Positions 49,471 through 61,193 are shown, numbered from the whole stretch's first letter. The stretch is 63,588 bases of DNA, filler included, from Aduncisulcus paluster (GCA_024181965.1; 18 parts of 18 records of this genome joined end to end with filler, not necessarily neighbours in it), one strand, 5' to 3'. The notes: generated by a model not told the origin, from the sequence alone. Program-made: numbers and translations.

Positions 49471-49842
49471 TAACAAAATTAAATAAATAAATCTAGATTT
49501 TAAAAAATCAATTCCCCATCTAAAGGGGGAGCCAATGTTCTTGTGGTCAGATGAGGGAAATGACCCATCCCCGATGCATAGGATTGTTCGATGGCAATCA
49601 TTTTTTTCCGCAAAATATCTAATTTTGTTTGCTAATTTTTGAACAATATGTAGCTTTTTTAGGTAGTTAGCTTTCCTTCTTTTCCTTTTGGTCATAGATT
49701 TGTCTATTTTCTCGAAATCTGTATATGTATCTAAATATAAACTGAAAAGGGGTCTAAAAAAAATAGGATTATCAATGGTTTTGTCCATATTGTATTGCAG
49801 TTTTATTAAATTATTAATTTTAATGTTGAGTAGGCAACAGTC
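49471..49842 (-). mobile_element. Fanzor/TnpB-like nuclease fragment (segment leading up to RuvC-II)
   Basis: KTID...F...Y / RK....Y..K......L.N.I / ILCIGDGSFP......GSP....DFLKSRFIYLILL matches the Fanzor1 region that precedes the DE.xTS..C motif. Confidence 0.65.
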
Positions 49843-50121
49843 TCAGACAACAGTTATCATTCAATGATTTGCGAAGTTATCATTCGCATGTCAAGTACTG
49901 ACCTATGCTTTTCTTCTTTTTTTATGTTTTTGTCAAGGGTTTTTCTTATTCTGATATGAATCTTTTCCCTTAAAGTGGAGGTTTTTCTTTTGTCTTCAAG
50001 ACGGCAAGATTTCTTGCTATCCTTTTTCTTGAAGAGAGAACTTTTCCTCCTTCCATTGGTAGGGTGTTTTTAATTTTTTTTTACATCCTCCCTTTTTTTT
50101 GGCTTTTTTTTTTTTACGACC

Positions 50122-50168
50122 GCTTCCCCCGTCCGTTCCGATAGTTCCTGCTTCCCCCGTCCGTTCCG
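50122..50168. repeat. Tandem GC-rich 19-bp direct repeat (28-bp period)
   Basis: GCTTCCCCCGTCCGTTCCG at 50122-50140 and 50150-50168. Confidence 0.9.
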
Positions 50169-50284
50169 GTAATTGGCTTTCTTTNNNNNNNNNNNNNNNN
50201 NNNNNNNNNNNNNNNNNNNNNNNNNNNNTTAATTAATTAANNNNNNNNNNNNNNNNNNNNNNNNNNNNNNNNNNNNNNNNNNNN

Positions 50285-51715
50285 ACGCTCGAGCAAGGCA
50301 GACACTTCCTCTTTATCGCTACGGGCACGATCACGCTTCACCTGGGGAGAACACAGAGTCTTGGAGGCATATACTCGTTCTTCTCTGATAGTGGAGGACA
50401 GAGAAGCTGGAAGCATGGAGTGTGAAGGCGCTGAGATATACGATATCATTGAGGGGGAGGCAGAGGGCATCACAGAAGGGTTGGCATTGTGGAAATGGGA
50501 AGAGGAAGTGGATTGACGGGCACTTGAAGACGAGGTGTGGATCATCTCAGGGCTATCCTGATAAGCATATGCTCCAGAGCCAGGAGATCCATCATATCCA
50601 CTGTGATAAGGTGAGTGTGGATCAACCTCTGAGGAAGCTGTGAGTATTCCTTCACGAACGAGTTCCACGTACTCACGTTCCCTGGCAGAGGCACTGTGGT
50701 CTCCCTGTGGGTATGTATGTGTCCTTGGACGTGATGAGAGTGACATGGCCGATAGAATGTTGTGTGTATTGTGTGTGGTGGAGTGGTGGGCAGAGTGAGA
50801 GGGCGAGGGAGAGAGGGGGAGCTCAAGGCGAACGTGACTACTCCCGGGGACTCCGAGAAGGGGCACCTGGGGATACTCAGTGGAGCTTTGTTGTTGTTTT
50901 TGTTGAGAAGAGTGGGAGGGTGTGACACGGGAACTTGGGCTTCCAAGAGATTTGCTTCTTTTGATGGATGCTCTCCCAGATGCCGTTTTGACACGTCTGG
51001 AAGAAGGTGAAATGTCACTGAATTCATAACGGTGAGATCCATAGGGACTCTCATTCTTCGGCTTCAAGGCCGATGAGTTAGCCGGCCTCTTAGATGAAGG
51101 GGTGGCTGTAAAATGCTTGTTTGAACCATCAAAAACACGTCCAGGCGAAGAATATTGATGCTGTGAAAGACTGAACCGCTGCGGCGTTGCAGGGGAACGA
51201 TAAGATTTACCAAGTGGAGAAGAAACCATAGATTGACCGGATGAGCCGGCTGTTCGTATCTTTCTGCGTCTTATATTGGGAGAATATGACTTTGGAGATG
51301 GAATATATGTTGAGGATGCACTTCTTTGGAAAGATGGTGGTGTGGGCCTCCCTCGACCAACTGGACCCGACATTGACGGGCTTAGTGTCGATGGAAGAGA
51401 AAAAGGAGCTGATGATGTTTTCCAACATGGCCCAGTTAATCGTTCCATATCCTCTGCCTTCCTCGAAACACCGGGAGATGTAACGGATGGAGTATTGGAA
51501 ACAGGATGGAGTGGAGTCGGACGTTTAGCAATTGTAGGATGATGAGAAGGTCTAGTAGTCATGGGGGATGTTCTAACAGCTGAGATTTTCTTTTCAATCT
51601 GTTTTCTCATTTTAAAAGATGATTTGTGTGCTACCTTATCAGCAAAGGGAACAGCCGTAAAGCATCTCCTTAGGGGTGACGATTTGCGGACTGGACTTGA
51701 CCCCTTCTGTTTCAT
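50285..51715 (-). CDS. Hypothetical Ser/Pro/Arg-rich disordered protein, 3' partial
   Basis: About 475-aa open frame from ATG 51715 to the contig edge. Confidence 0.7.
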
Positions 51716-52034
51716 TGGCAAGAAATAATCAAATTCACGATATTTTATTGTCCAGAAACTTTCTATTTATAAATTCCCAAATTGTTCTAATTTTTTTCCG
51801 CCAATAAATTTGAAATCTATTAAATTACCATTAGGACGCTCATAAATGTGTCATTAAAGGATTTAGCGTGAGATAGCTAGTTGCTCTATGCTAGATCATA
51901 AAACTCAAACAATAAAACCATTTACTGAATTTAAAGAGGTTGATAATCATATCATGCCGAAAATTATTCAATTTTTCACCTTTCATAACTGAATGAGAGA
52001 ATTGAGTGTGATTGGAGATAACTGAGAAGTTAAG

Positions 52035-52906
52035 ATGGCATTAGTATGTTTTGAATTAAAATTTTGGCTGTTTATTTATGTTATTTTCAACATTATTTAT
52101 TTTGATTATTCTTGTCTATTCATACTCAGGAGGGATTCAGTTTTGATGCGACCAAAAAGAAGGTCAAGAAGGTCAAAAAAGTCAAAAAAGTGAAGAAAAA
52201 AGAGAAAAAGAGTGAAGCTCCCACGGAAGAATCTGAAAACCCCAAAAAAATAGATACTGACGAAATATCCACTGTTCCTATGCGCGCTGCTGATGCAATT
52301 GGGGAATTGGCTGTTCAATCTCCTTTAGAAGAGAACAAAACATCTCAGATTCAGAAGAAGAAACGCCATCGCCTTGAAGGTGAAGGAGATCTCAATGCTA
52401 TTTTCGATCGTATCGTTCTCGATTATGTTGATGAACGTGTGAAGAATCGTTCTCAGCCTGAAGATGATATTCTCCCTAGTTCCTCATATTCTTATGATGA
52501 TATGCTTAAGAGATGCTTCAAGCACATGAGCCGTGTGCGTCAAGTCGAGACTGCCAGAAACGCCAAACATCCCGTCCCAAAAATAGAAAGAGATAGTACA
52601 AAGACATTCCTTGCTAACTTTGGTGCTATATGTAGTGATCTTAAGAGAGAACAAGATATGGTCTTCAATTTCATCCTTCAGGAGCTTCAGACCACTGGTT
52701 CTATTGTTGATGGAACAAAATGTGCCTTGAAAGGAAGATTTACCCCAAAATCTTTTGAAAGGGTTCTTAAATCATTTGTTAGAGATTACGTTGAGTGTCC
52801 ATCTTGTAGTTCACATAATACTCTTATTTTTAGAGACAAAAGAAGATTATATTTCTTATCGTGTGAAAGCTGTGGATCAATGAAAACAATCACATTAAAA
52901 GAGTAA
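52035..52906 (+). CDS. EIF2S2: Translation initiation factor eIF2 beta
   Basis: Exon 1 MAL, intron 52044-52129 (GTATGT..CAG); Lys box, YSYDDMLKR, NF..IC..LKR....F...EL.TTGS, KGRF, C2-C2 zinc ribbon. Confidence 0.93.
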
Positions 52907-53252
52907 ATACATCGATAGTATATTCATTATTGTGGATTATTTTGTTATCGATGCTTTATTTTCACCGTGAAAGAAAGATTTCTGTCCTGAGCGGTATTGT
53001 ACATTAATTCCAAAACTTAGAAAATTTCTGGGTTTAAATATCATATTTATCGTGAATGAAAAAGATCTTATCTTTGATAAATCCCCATGAAAAACTTTGA
53101 ACATTTTCTTTTCCGGTTTTTGGTCTAACAAAGGTATTACTTTTTCAATTTCCTTTTACTTTATTGTTAATTGGAATATCCATTCGAAAAAGTCAATCTT
53201 TTAGTTGTTTTAAATCCAAAATATTAATTTTTTCTCATTATTAGTCTAACTC

Positions 53253-54836
53253 ATGAAAAAACTATTTAAGAGTTTCGATCTCCCTGTTGACGTTTGCATG
53301 TGTGATTCTCTGAGCAGCAAAGATCTTTACCAATGCCCTATCTGTTTTTCTTTGCTTTCTGATGAACCTTGTCACCAACTCTCATGTGGACATGTTTTCC
53401 ACCGTAATTGTATCACTCGTTGGAAGTCTAGTCACTCTTCCTGCCCAGTATGCCGAGAAAATATAACAGACCCTATCGTTGGTACCGGAAAGTTACTTGA
53501 TCGAGAAGTTGAATTTCTCCGAGTTTCTTCCGTCGTTAAAACTTCTCTTGAGAGTGGTGGATTGGGTATGCCTCTAGCTCGATGCCCATCCTTCCGTTCA
53601 ATGCAATATCCAAAGCGTCCTGTCACTGTTGCCAATTTCCCACATGAAGTTCTTGTATTTGATGTTACTAAAAAGATCTTAAAACTTGAAGGAGTTATTC
53701 CAACCTCTGTGTCACGTATGCGTCAACCCCCATTCTTGAGTGCACTTTCTTCATCTTCTCTCGTTTATCCGGGTGCTAGATTGTCCAATGTAGTGGCTCA
53801 TCTGCGCAAAGAAGATTTAATGATTAACTTAACGCCAGCAACCGTTGCATATATTGTTCTTGTCCTTCTCAAGGCCTCTGAGGTGGCCCTTCAAAGTGAG
53901 GTTTCTCTACCTACTTTCACAACTGACGATGTTTTCCTCTCTTACGAGGCTGTGTGTTGGCTCATTGGATTTCAGATGCTTCCATCTTCCCTCCTTAAGG
54001 GTAAGTATCTCACATCACCTGGAACCGTGGCCATGCCCAAGGATGCACGTGGATCATGTCCCATTTCTGTCTTACCCCGTCCAGAGACGCCATCTTCTTC
54101 CGGTGCTCCACCAGTCGGATTCTATGGTGGCGATCTTGGAATGGATTCCCTCATGTACTCTTCAACAGCTCCTGATCAATTCTATCCGCCGATGGGTATG
54201 CCATCTGCTCCAGATCTCCAAGCAACAGCTCCTGATATTGGAGTAGAATTCGCAAGTATAGATGGGGGAAGTAGCGTACGGATTGGTAGTGCTGGAGGAA
54301 GTGGGATGAGTGGGTTTAGAAGCTCTCACATGCCATCTTCTTCAAGTTCTATGTTCGAGTTTAACAGCGGTGTACTTGCCATCGCTGAGGAACTTGGATT
54401 GACCGTCCCGATCTTGGATTACTCTTATAAAGCCATGGAAACAGCGCTCAAGGATATTATCAAATCTGAGAATGTTGCCAAAGTATTTGGTGGCCGAGTT
54501 GCTTCTCTTCCAGACCTTCCAGAAGTCTCTTCATTGCCCTCACCTGTTGTCCAGCCCTCCACGGTCAGAGTTCCCTCTGCAACTCCACCTTCAACCACCA
54601 CTTCCCACGTTCCTCCTCCAAACACAACATCCAACACAACCTCCAACACGACTGGTGGAGATGTCGATAATCCATCTGCAGAAACTCAATTCCTTCGAAG
54701 TAAGCCTGGTGCTGAGTTCAAACATCCTGTATTTGGATGTGATTTTCGCCATCCTACGATTTATCCTGCTGATTATACTAATGCAGACAAGAGGAGGGAT
54801 TTCTTCCGTCGTGGACTGTACAGTGGAATTGAGCAC
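53253..54836 (+). CDS. RING-H2 finger protein, 3' partial
   Basis: CPICF...LSCGHVFHRNCITRW.....SCPVCR. Confidence 0.85.
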
Positions 54837-54936
54837 NNNNNNNNNNNNNNNNNNNNNNNNNNNNNNNNNNNNNNNNNNNNTTAATTAATTAANNNNNNNN
54901 NNNNNNNNNNNNNNNNNNNNNNNNNNNNNNNNNNNN

Positions 54937-56132
54937 GTTCCAAATTGCAAGGTTGCAATTTTACCTTCTCTTTTAAGCACAGGTCTCTGTAGATCCGTTC
55001 AGAAATAATATTGAACACTGCTCCTGTATCCAATATAGCTTGTCTACTGATTTCTTTATCCTGCTGACCCGATGTCAAGAAAACTTCCAAATAAGGACTG
55101 TCCGGTTTACTCAAGTTAATTACCGGACGAAATGAACCTTTGTAAGATCCATCAGTCTTCTTATCCTTGGATGTGCATTCCGAAGCATAGTGTCCTTGTT
55201 TTCCGCAATTGAAGCATGTGACATCTTTTTTAGCTTTGGAAGTACACTCAGAGGCGTAATGCCCCTTTTTACCACAATTGAAGCAGGTGACATCCTTTGA
55301 TTTGGACTTGGAATCCCTCCTAGTGGGTTTAGAGCTTGTTTTCACAGAGGTCTTGTGATCATGGTTGCCAAATCCCTTGTCAGTAAACCTCGATCTCCGT
55401 GGTTCTTCTAAATATCCTTTAGCGTCCTCTAACGTCTCGAGGACCATTTGGACTTGCTGGAAAATGAGTCGTGTCAACCCCGACATATCCTTATAACCTC
55501 CTTCTAACGCAGCTTTCATCCTGAGGCGAAAACGGGTGTGTTTAATGCCTTTTAGGAATTGTTCAGTTAATGTCTTGTCTGACAGTGGCTCGTCCTCGGC
55601 AAGACGTCTCAATATAGACTTGTATCTACTCACGTAAGCCGCGACCTTATCCTCGTTGATTTCTTTTAGTTTTACAGCGTCAAGAGAATAAAATGTATCC
55701 AAAGTTGATTTGTTCCCATAATGTTCATTGAGACTCTGAAGGAAAACACGTTCTTCTTCCTCCACCACTCCTGGCTCACGACCTTCCGGGGCATCAAGCG
55801 TACTAGCGGATATATCCTTATAGATGGATAAGGTATCGACCCGTATCAAAGAAAAGAGAGAAGCCTTGCCTCCGGCGGCGCGATACGTAGTAAATTCATT
55901 TTTGAATCTTGTGAAGTGCTTCTCTCCAACAAAACGAAGTTGAGGAGCAGTAAAGGTCACTTGTTGTTCCATATTAGCGGAATTTGATCAAATTGTAGCG
56001 TATTTAGAACAATGCGCAGACAAATTTATTAGAAAATAAAGGTATGAACCGAAGTTCCTAAAAATAGATAACTGAGAATATAAAAGAAATAAAATAAAGC
56101 AATAAATATGATATAATATATGGTATATTACA
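54937..56132 (-). mobile_element. Ty3/Gypsy element 5' end: LTR, intact gag (two CCHC knuckles), protease start
   Basis: ORF from ATG 55972: CFNCGKKGHYASEC and CFNCGKQGHYASEC, ILDTGA; homologous to 25595-27285. Confidence 0.9.
55994..56132 (-). repeat. Candidate 5' LTR (139 bp, TGTA...TACA)
   Basis: Minus strand TGTAATATACC...AATAAA...GCTACA; abrupt junction with a pol ORF at 56133. Confidence 0.7.
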
Positions 56133-57142
56133 CCGCCTCGGTCCCGGAGTTTAGTCTAAACTTCCCAGAAGACCGGAAACCGATCGCCCTTAAATGCAGG
56201 AAAGTTCCGTTTCATTTGCAGAATGAGGTTAGGGGGTGGATCGATGAGTTACTTGATTCACACTTTATTGTCCCCTCGAGGAGTGAGTTTGCAGCCCCTA
56301 TTGTTTTAGTCAGAAAGCCAAATGGAGGCCTCCGACTATGTTGCGATTATACTTTGCTTAACAGGATCACTCCGAACGACGAGTATCCAATTCCACGGCA
56401 AGACATGCTTTTCTCCGCCTTGGAAGGTAAATCTATCTTTGCTGCTCTTGATCTCAAGAACGGGTACTTCAATATCGCGGTGGACAAGAAATCAAGACAT
56501 CAAACGGCATTTATCACGCCGTGGGGTCTGTTCGAATGGAACAGGATGCCATTCGGCCTTAAGTCAGCACCCGCTCATTTTCAGCGGTGCCTGAACGCGA
56601 TCTTCAAGGGTATGATGCCTCAAAAGTGCCTCATTTATCTAGACGATATTCTTGTCTTCGGAAGCAATGAAGAGGAATTCTTAAATAATTTAGCCAGTGT
56701 TTTGTCCAGGCTGGCAGAATACAATCTTTTCTTGAACTTGGAAAAATGCAAGATAGGTGTACGGAGAGTCCGTTACTTAGGGTTCTTTATTTCAGAAAAA
56801 GGCCGCTCAGTTGATCCGAAACGTCTAGAAGTCATGCGACAAATATCCCCACCAACGTCGCTAAAAGAGCTCCAGGCACTAGTTGGTAAGCTCAATTTCC
56901 TCCGCGAGTTCATCCCTGATTACTCCAGAGCTGCTGAACCTTTGACTCGAATAATGCGGAAAGGTTATTCGATAAGTGAGTGGAAGGAGGAACAATCAAC
57001 CGCTTGGGCAAAAATTTTAGATCTTCTAGAACGACAATTGACTTTAGAACACCCCTCCTTAGAAGGGTCGTTTATTTTACGGACCGATGCTTCTACATCT
57101 GGTATCGGTGGTGTGCTAACGCTAAGGTACAATTTATTAAAT
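56133..57142 (+). mobile_element. Ty3/Gypsy pol fragment: reverse transcriptase and start of RNase H
   Basis: APIVLVRKPNGGLRLCCDY..LN, LDLKNGY, TAF.TP.GLFEW.RMPFGLK.AP..FQ, YLDD, LRTDAS..GIGGVL. Confidence 0.95.
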
Positions 57143-57242
57143 NNNNNNNNNNNNNNNNNNNNNNNNNNNNNNNNNNNNNNNNNNNNTTAATTAATTAANN
57201 NNNNNNNNNNNNNNNNNNNNNNNNNNNNNNNNNNNNNNNNNN

Positions 57243-58981
57243 CCACAAAAATCATCGTCACAAGAGCTGATGCAATCAGTTTTGTCATCATTCTGTATGA
57301 ATCCAAGAGCACATGAAGCACAATGAAATTCACCTGATGTGTTTTTTATGCACTCACCAACACCAGAACAGAAAAACCCATTGCTATCAATGTTGCATAC
57401 AGTTTCAGAGCATGAAGAACCACCAAATCCTTGGTCACAAACACAATACGAGGCAGTGGCTGCCAACTGAACGCAGTCTCCATGGGAACTGCATGTAACG
57501 GATTCATCAGTAACATCGCAGTGATTCTCGGAACAGTTGTCACCACCCCATCCAAGAGAACAAATACAACTACGAGACTCAGAATTACATGTTCCATAAC
57601 CATAATCAATGCCACACATATTTTCAACGCCAGAGATAACAGGACATCCTTCATTGCAATCTTCACCATACCAACCGAGACTACAATCGCATTCGGGATC
57701 ATATTCGCCCAAATACGAAGGATCATAGGATAACATATTCAAACACTCCATGTTTAATGTGTTATTATCTGAACAGGCAAGACAGCGTGCGGTTTCGTTT
57801 GGCAGACCAAAATTAAAGGAAGGATAAGTTGGAGATGCAAGACTAATGCATGAAAATCCATCTTCATTGGAAGAATCTAACTCTCGATATGAATAAGCAG
57901 CACATACGATTGAAGAAGACTCAGGCCATAATTCACGGCATATTTTGTTATCCACGAGTTTGGGGATTGTCGAACAGGAGCATTCATATTGTGAATCAAC
58001 ATTTAAATTGTCTTGGGAGAGAATACTGAAGTGGGAAATAAATTCAGCAGAATCAATATCACAAATATAGTTGTTTGAAATGTCCAAATTCACAAGAGAA
58101 TCACAAAGCAAGTACAATGGAGTCGGATCGTAAATCATATTATCATTGGCAAATAAGACTTCAATGCGCATCAGTGAATATTCAAAAATTGGGAGAAGAT
58201 TATCAATAGAACAGTTTCCAATATCAAGATAAGAAAGAGAATACCGACTGGAAGAAAGATTTGGTATTTCATTCAAACCACAAGAATTGAGCTTGAGAGA
58301 TGCCAAAGAAGTGAAATTTCCGAGAACATTCTGAGATTCATTTGATAATTGAATGTTATTAAGTGAGAGGTCTTGAAGAGTATCGTAAATTCCATAAAGA
58401 AATGGAAGAGACTCAGCCAAGGAATCACAAGAATCAATGTTCAAAGATATCATATTGGTAAGATGGGTCAATGGAAGAAGAGAAAATCCATCAGATCCAG
58501 AAGAACATGAAAGATCAATGTGTGTGATCTCGGTCAAATGTTCAATCCCCGCCAGATCACTGATGGTATCACCAGAGCAGCTCAAAGAGGGGGAGATAGT
58601 CCCAGTCCCATCATCAACACTTACAAGGGTTTTCAGGGAGGCCACACTAAGAAGAACAGGCGACACAAGAGAATCGATATGCACAGAGCCTGAGGGAAAC
58701 AGAGCAGACACACATGAATGAAGGACATCGTCAGAGAGAACTTCAACACACTCACCGGCAGTCGGATCGGTGCTGGACACAGATCGACACTCTGTACCAT
58801 ACGCACAACCTCCAATACAAGAGTGGGAAGAATTCGTCGCACGTGTACATGTGATCGTGGAGGCATCAGAGTACGAAGTCATCGAATCGCTCGCACACAC
58901 AGCATACCATGTGTTAGAACCAGACTTTGTTTGCGTACACACAACATTCGCAGAAAGAGCTTGAGCTGTATTGAAAGGGTC
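57243..58981 (-). CDS. LRR plus EGF-like surface protein, internal fragment
   Basis: LRRs followed by C.CSLGWYGEDC, CICSLGWGGDNC, CVCDQGFGGSSC; same family as 9684-11507. Confidence 0.85.
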
Positions 58982-59081
58982 NNNNNNNNNNNNNNNNNNN
59001 NNNNNNNNNNNNNNNNNNNNNNNNNTTAATTAATTAANNNNNNNNNNNNNNNNNNNNNNNNNNNNNNNNNNNNNNNNNNNN

Positions 59082-59652
59082 CCCTCAAGAAGGAGAAGAA
59101 GATGATGATGGTTCAAATTGTGGAACTCTTGTTTACAACTCGTATGAAACGTTAATGGAAGGTCTTCAAACCCAGAGTAGTGATGGGTATTCTCTTGGAT
59201 TATCTATTCTTTCTTTATTCACTTGCCTTCCACCATTCCTCGGTCACCCAGGTCTTCGAGGGATCATTGATACCATTCAATTCATGGCAAAACTCTCTCA
59301 GCTGATGAAGGCTGGTATGACTCCTAAACTCTCCAGTTCTCCCCTTTTCAAAACCCTTTTGACCATTGAGGATGGCAAGTACGAACCTGTTCATAAAATA
59401 TTTGATGAAGTATTCACAGGTCTCACTCTGCTTGATGTTGACAAACGCATGAGTGTGCATGAAGCTCGTGTGAAAGTCCAATGCATCAAACCTTTCCTTC
59501 CCACGATTGGCGAAGACTATGACTGTCCAAGCATTGAAGCCATTATCCGTGAGCAACGCAAGAAGTATGGTGGCTCTGTTGGAACCATTGAAGGAATGAG
59601 ATGTAGTGTTGCTGGTGTTGAGCATGAGGAAGGTTGGGATCAGAGTCAGTGA
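59082..59652 (+). CDS. Protein kinase C-terminal lobe, 5' partial
   Basis: CGTLVYNSYE (VIII), SDGYSLG (IX), D.DKRMS (XI). Confidence 0.8.
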
Positions 59653-59810
59653 GTGATGTGGAGAGATTCTGATGTAAGATTTTATTCTTAATGCCATCAA
59701 GTTAATGGAACAATTGAGAGAAGAGTTCGTTTTAAGCTTGAAATTGGTGGTTTAGTTCGTTCTATATACAATCAATATTGATTTAAATTAAATCATTTAA
59801 TAGTTAAATA

Positions 59811-60836
59811 TTAATCATATTTTCCACGTTTCGTTATTTGAGTGAACCTTCGCTGCCTTTCCCAAGCTAAAGTCTTTGTCTTATCAATGTGCATCATCGT
59901 TGTAAAATGATGTACATTAAATCCGTGCATTTCACGCCTCTTGAACCACAATTCCATCTTATTGGCATCGCGAGAGCATAAAGAAGAAATCTTATCGAGG
60001 AAATGAGAATCGATTTTGTAATCATGCTTTACAAATTCATATAATAGGAAATAAATTTCGATCCCAAATCGCTTAAAGTGGGTACTTTGAGTATTTGGCG
60101 TGGGATTTCTACATGGGGGGCGTTTAAAATAGATTCTATCAGCCATAAGGCAGCCATGTTTCAATATAATACTTTCCAAGTCTTTTGGGTTGATTACACG
60201 AGTCTCAGAGGAAACTTTGGGGAGTTTAGATACATATTTCTTAAGGTCAAGATCTATTTTACGGAGAATCTTCGATTCATCTTCCTCTTCTTCATCCTCT
60301 TTTTCTTCCTCGTCAACTTCTTCTTCTTTCTTTTCTTCTTCCTCCTCTTCCTCCTCCTCTTCTTCTTCATCATCTTCCTCCTCCTCTTCTTCTTTTTCTT
60401 CTTCTTCCTCTTCCTCTTCTTCTTCTTCTCCATCTAATTTTTTCTTAGATTTTGACAAATTCTCAATTTTGGGCTCTTCTGAGAGTTCAAGCTCATCCAT
60501 ATCGTCTCCATCATTCTTACTATCGATTTTTGGTATGTGGTTGGACCCGAACAACTCGATTTCTTCGTCTAAATTTAATCTAAGTTTTGGGGGGGCTTCC
60601 CTGTTATATTTCAATTTGATATGATTCTTTATCGTCTTTTTAATTGCAGTTCGAAATCTGGAAATTGAAAGTTGTACGCATTTGGCTGGTATCTCCGAGG
60701 TGAAATGGATTGTTGGTGGAATATGTGAAAATACTTCTGCTAGAATGAACGGATTATCAGAAGTTACTTTTCCACAGGAAGCACGAATTCCATTGCTAAA
60801 TCCTTTGGATATTAGTTTCGGCGATTGTGATTTCAT
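59811..60836 (-). CDS. Poly-Glu protein with a divergent homeodomain-like C-terminal region
   Basis: 341-aa ORF; F8, L16, I34, M45, W48, F49, R52 fall at exact homeodomain spacing. Confidence 0.65.
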   Translation of the reverse strand: MKSQSPKLISKGFSNGIRASCGKVTSDNPFILAEVFSHIPPTIHFTSEIPAKCVQLSISRFRTAIKKTIKNHIKLKYNREAPPKLRLNLDEEIELFGSNHIPKIDSKNDGDDMDELELSEEPKIENLSKSKKKLDGEEEEEEEEEEEKEEEEEEDDEEEEEEEEEEEEKKEEEVDEEEKEDEEEEDESKILRKIDLDLKKYVSKLPKVSSETRVINPKDLESIILKHGCLMADRIYFKRPPCRNPTPNTQSTHFKRFGIEIYFLLYEFVKHDYKIDSHFLDKISSLCSRDANKMELWFKRREMHGFNVHHFTTMMHIDKTKTLAWERQRRFTQITKRGKYD

Positions 60837-61193
60837 GTAAAAAAAATAATAATGATAATATGTAGGGGTAAATACTTATAATCGGGTTAATATATTGATT
60901 TTGGTGAAATATATTCAATAAAAACAAAGATTGAAAGAATATCAATTGTATTTATAGGCCAAAACAGGCAAAAAATTCAAAAGTAAAAAAAATGGGAAAT
61001 AAGTATAATTGACAAGATTAAACGATTTTACTAATTAAATATATCACTTACATGAATAATTCAGGGATTAAATAAATAATAAAATTCAATATTGCAGAGG
61101 GAGGAGAAGTTTTTGGAAAAGTACACTAAAATGCATTTAAATTGTAGAACTATGACGTTTCAAATATTATTCTCTACTTAGATAAACATTGAC

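Noticed and set aside
50122..50168. Two 19-bp repeats with a spacer as a mini-CRISPR
   Set aside because: Only two units, a 9-nt spacer, no cas genes, eukaryotic context.
54937..57142. A single retroelement with divergently transcribed gag and pol
   Set aside because: A TG..CA LTR candidate ends exactly where the pol frame begins; nested insertion is the simpler explanation.
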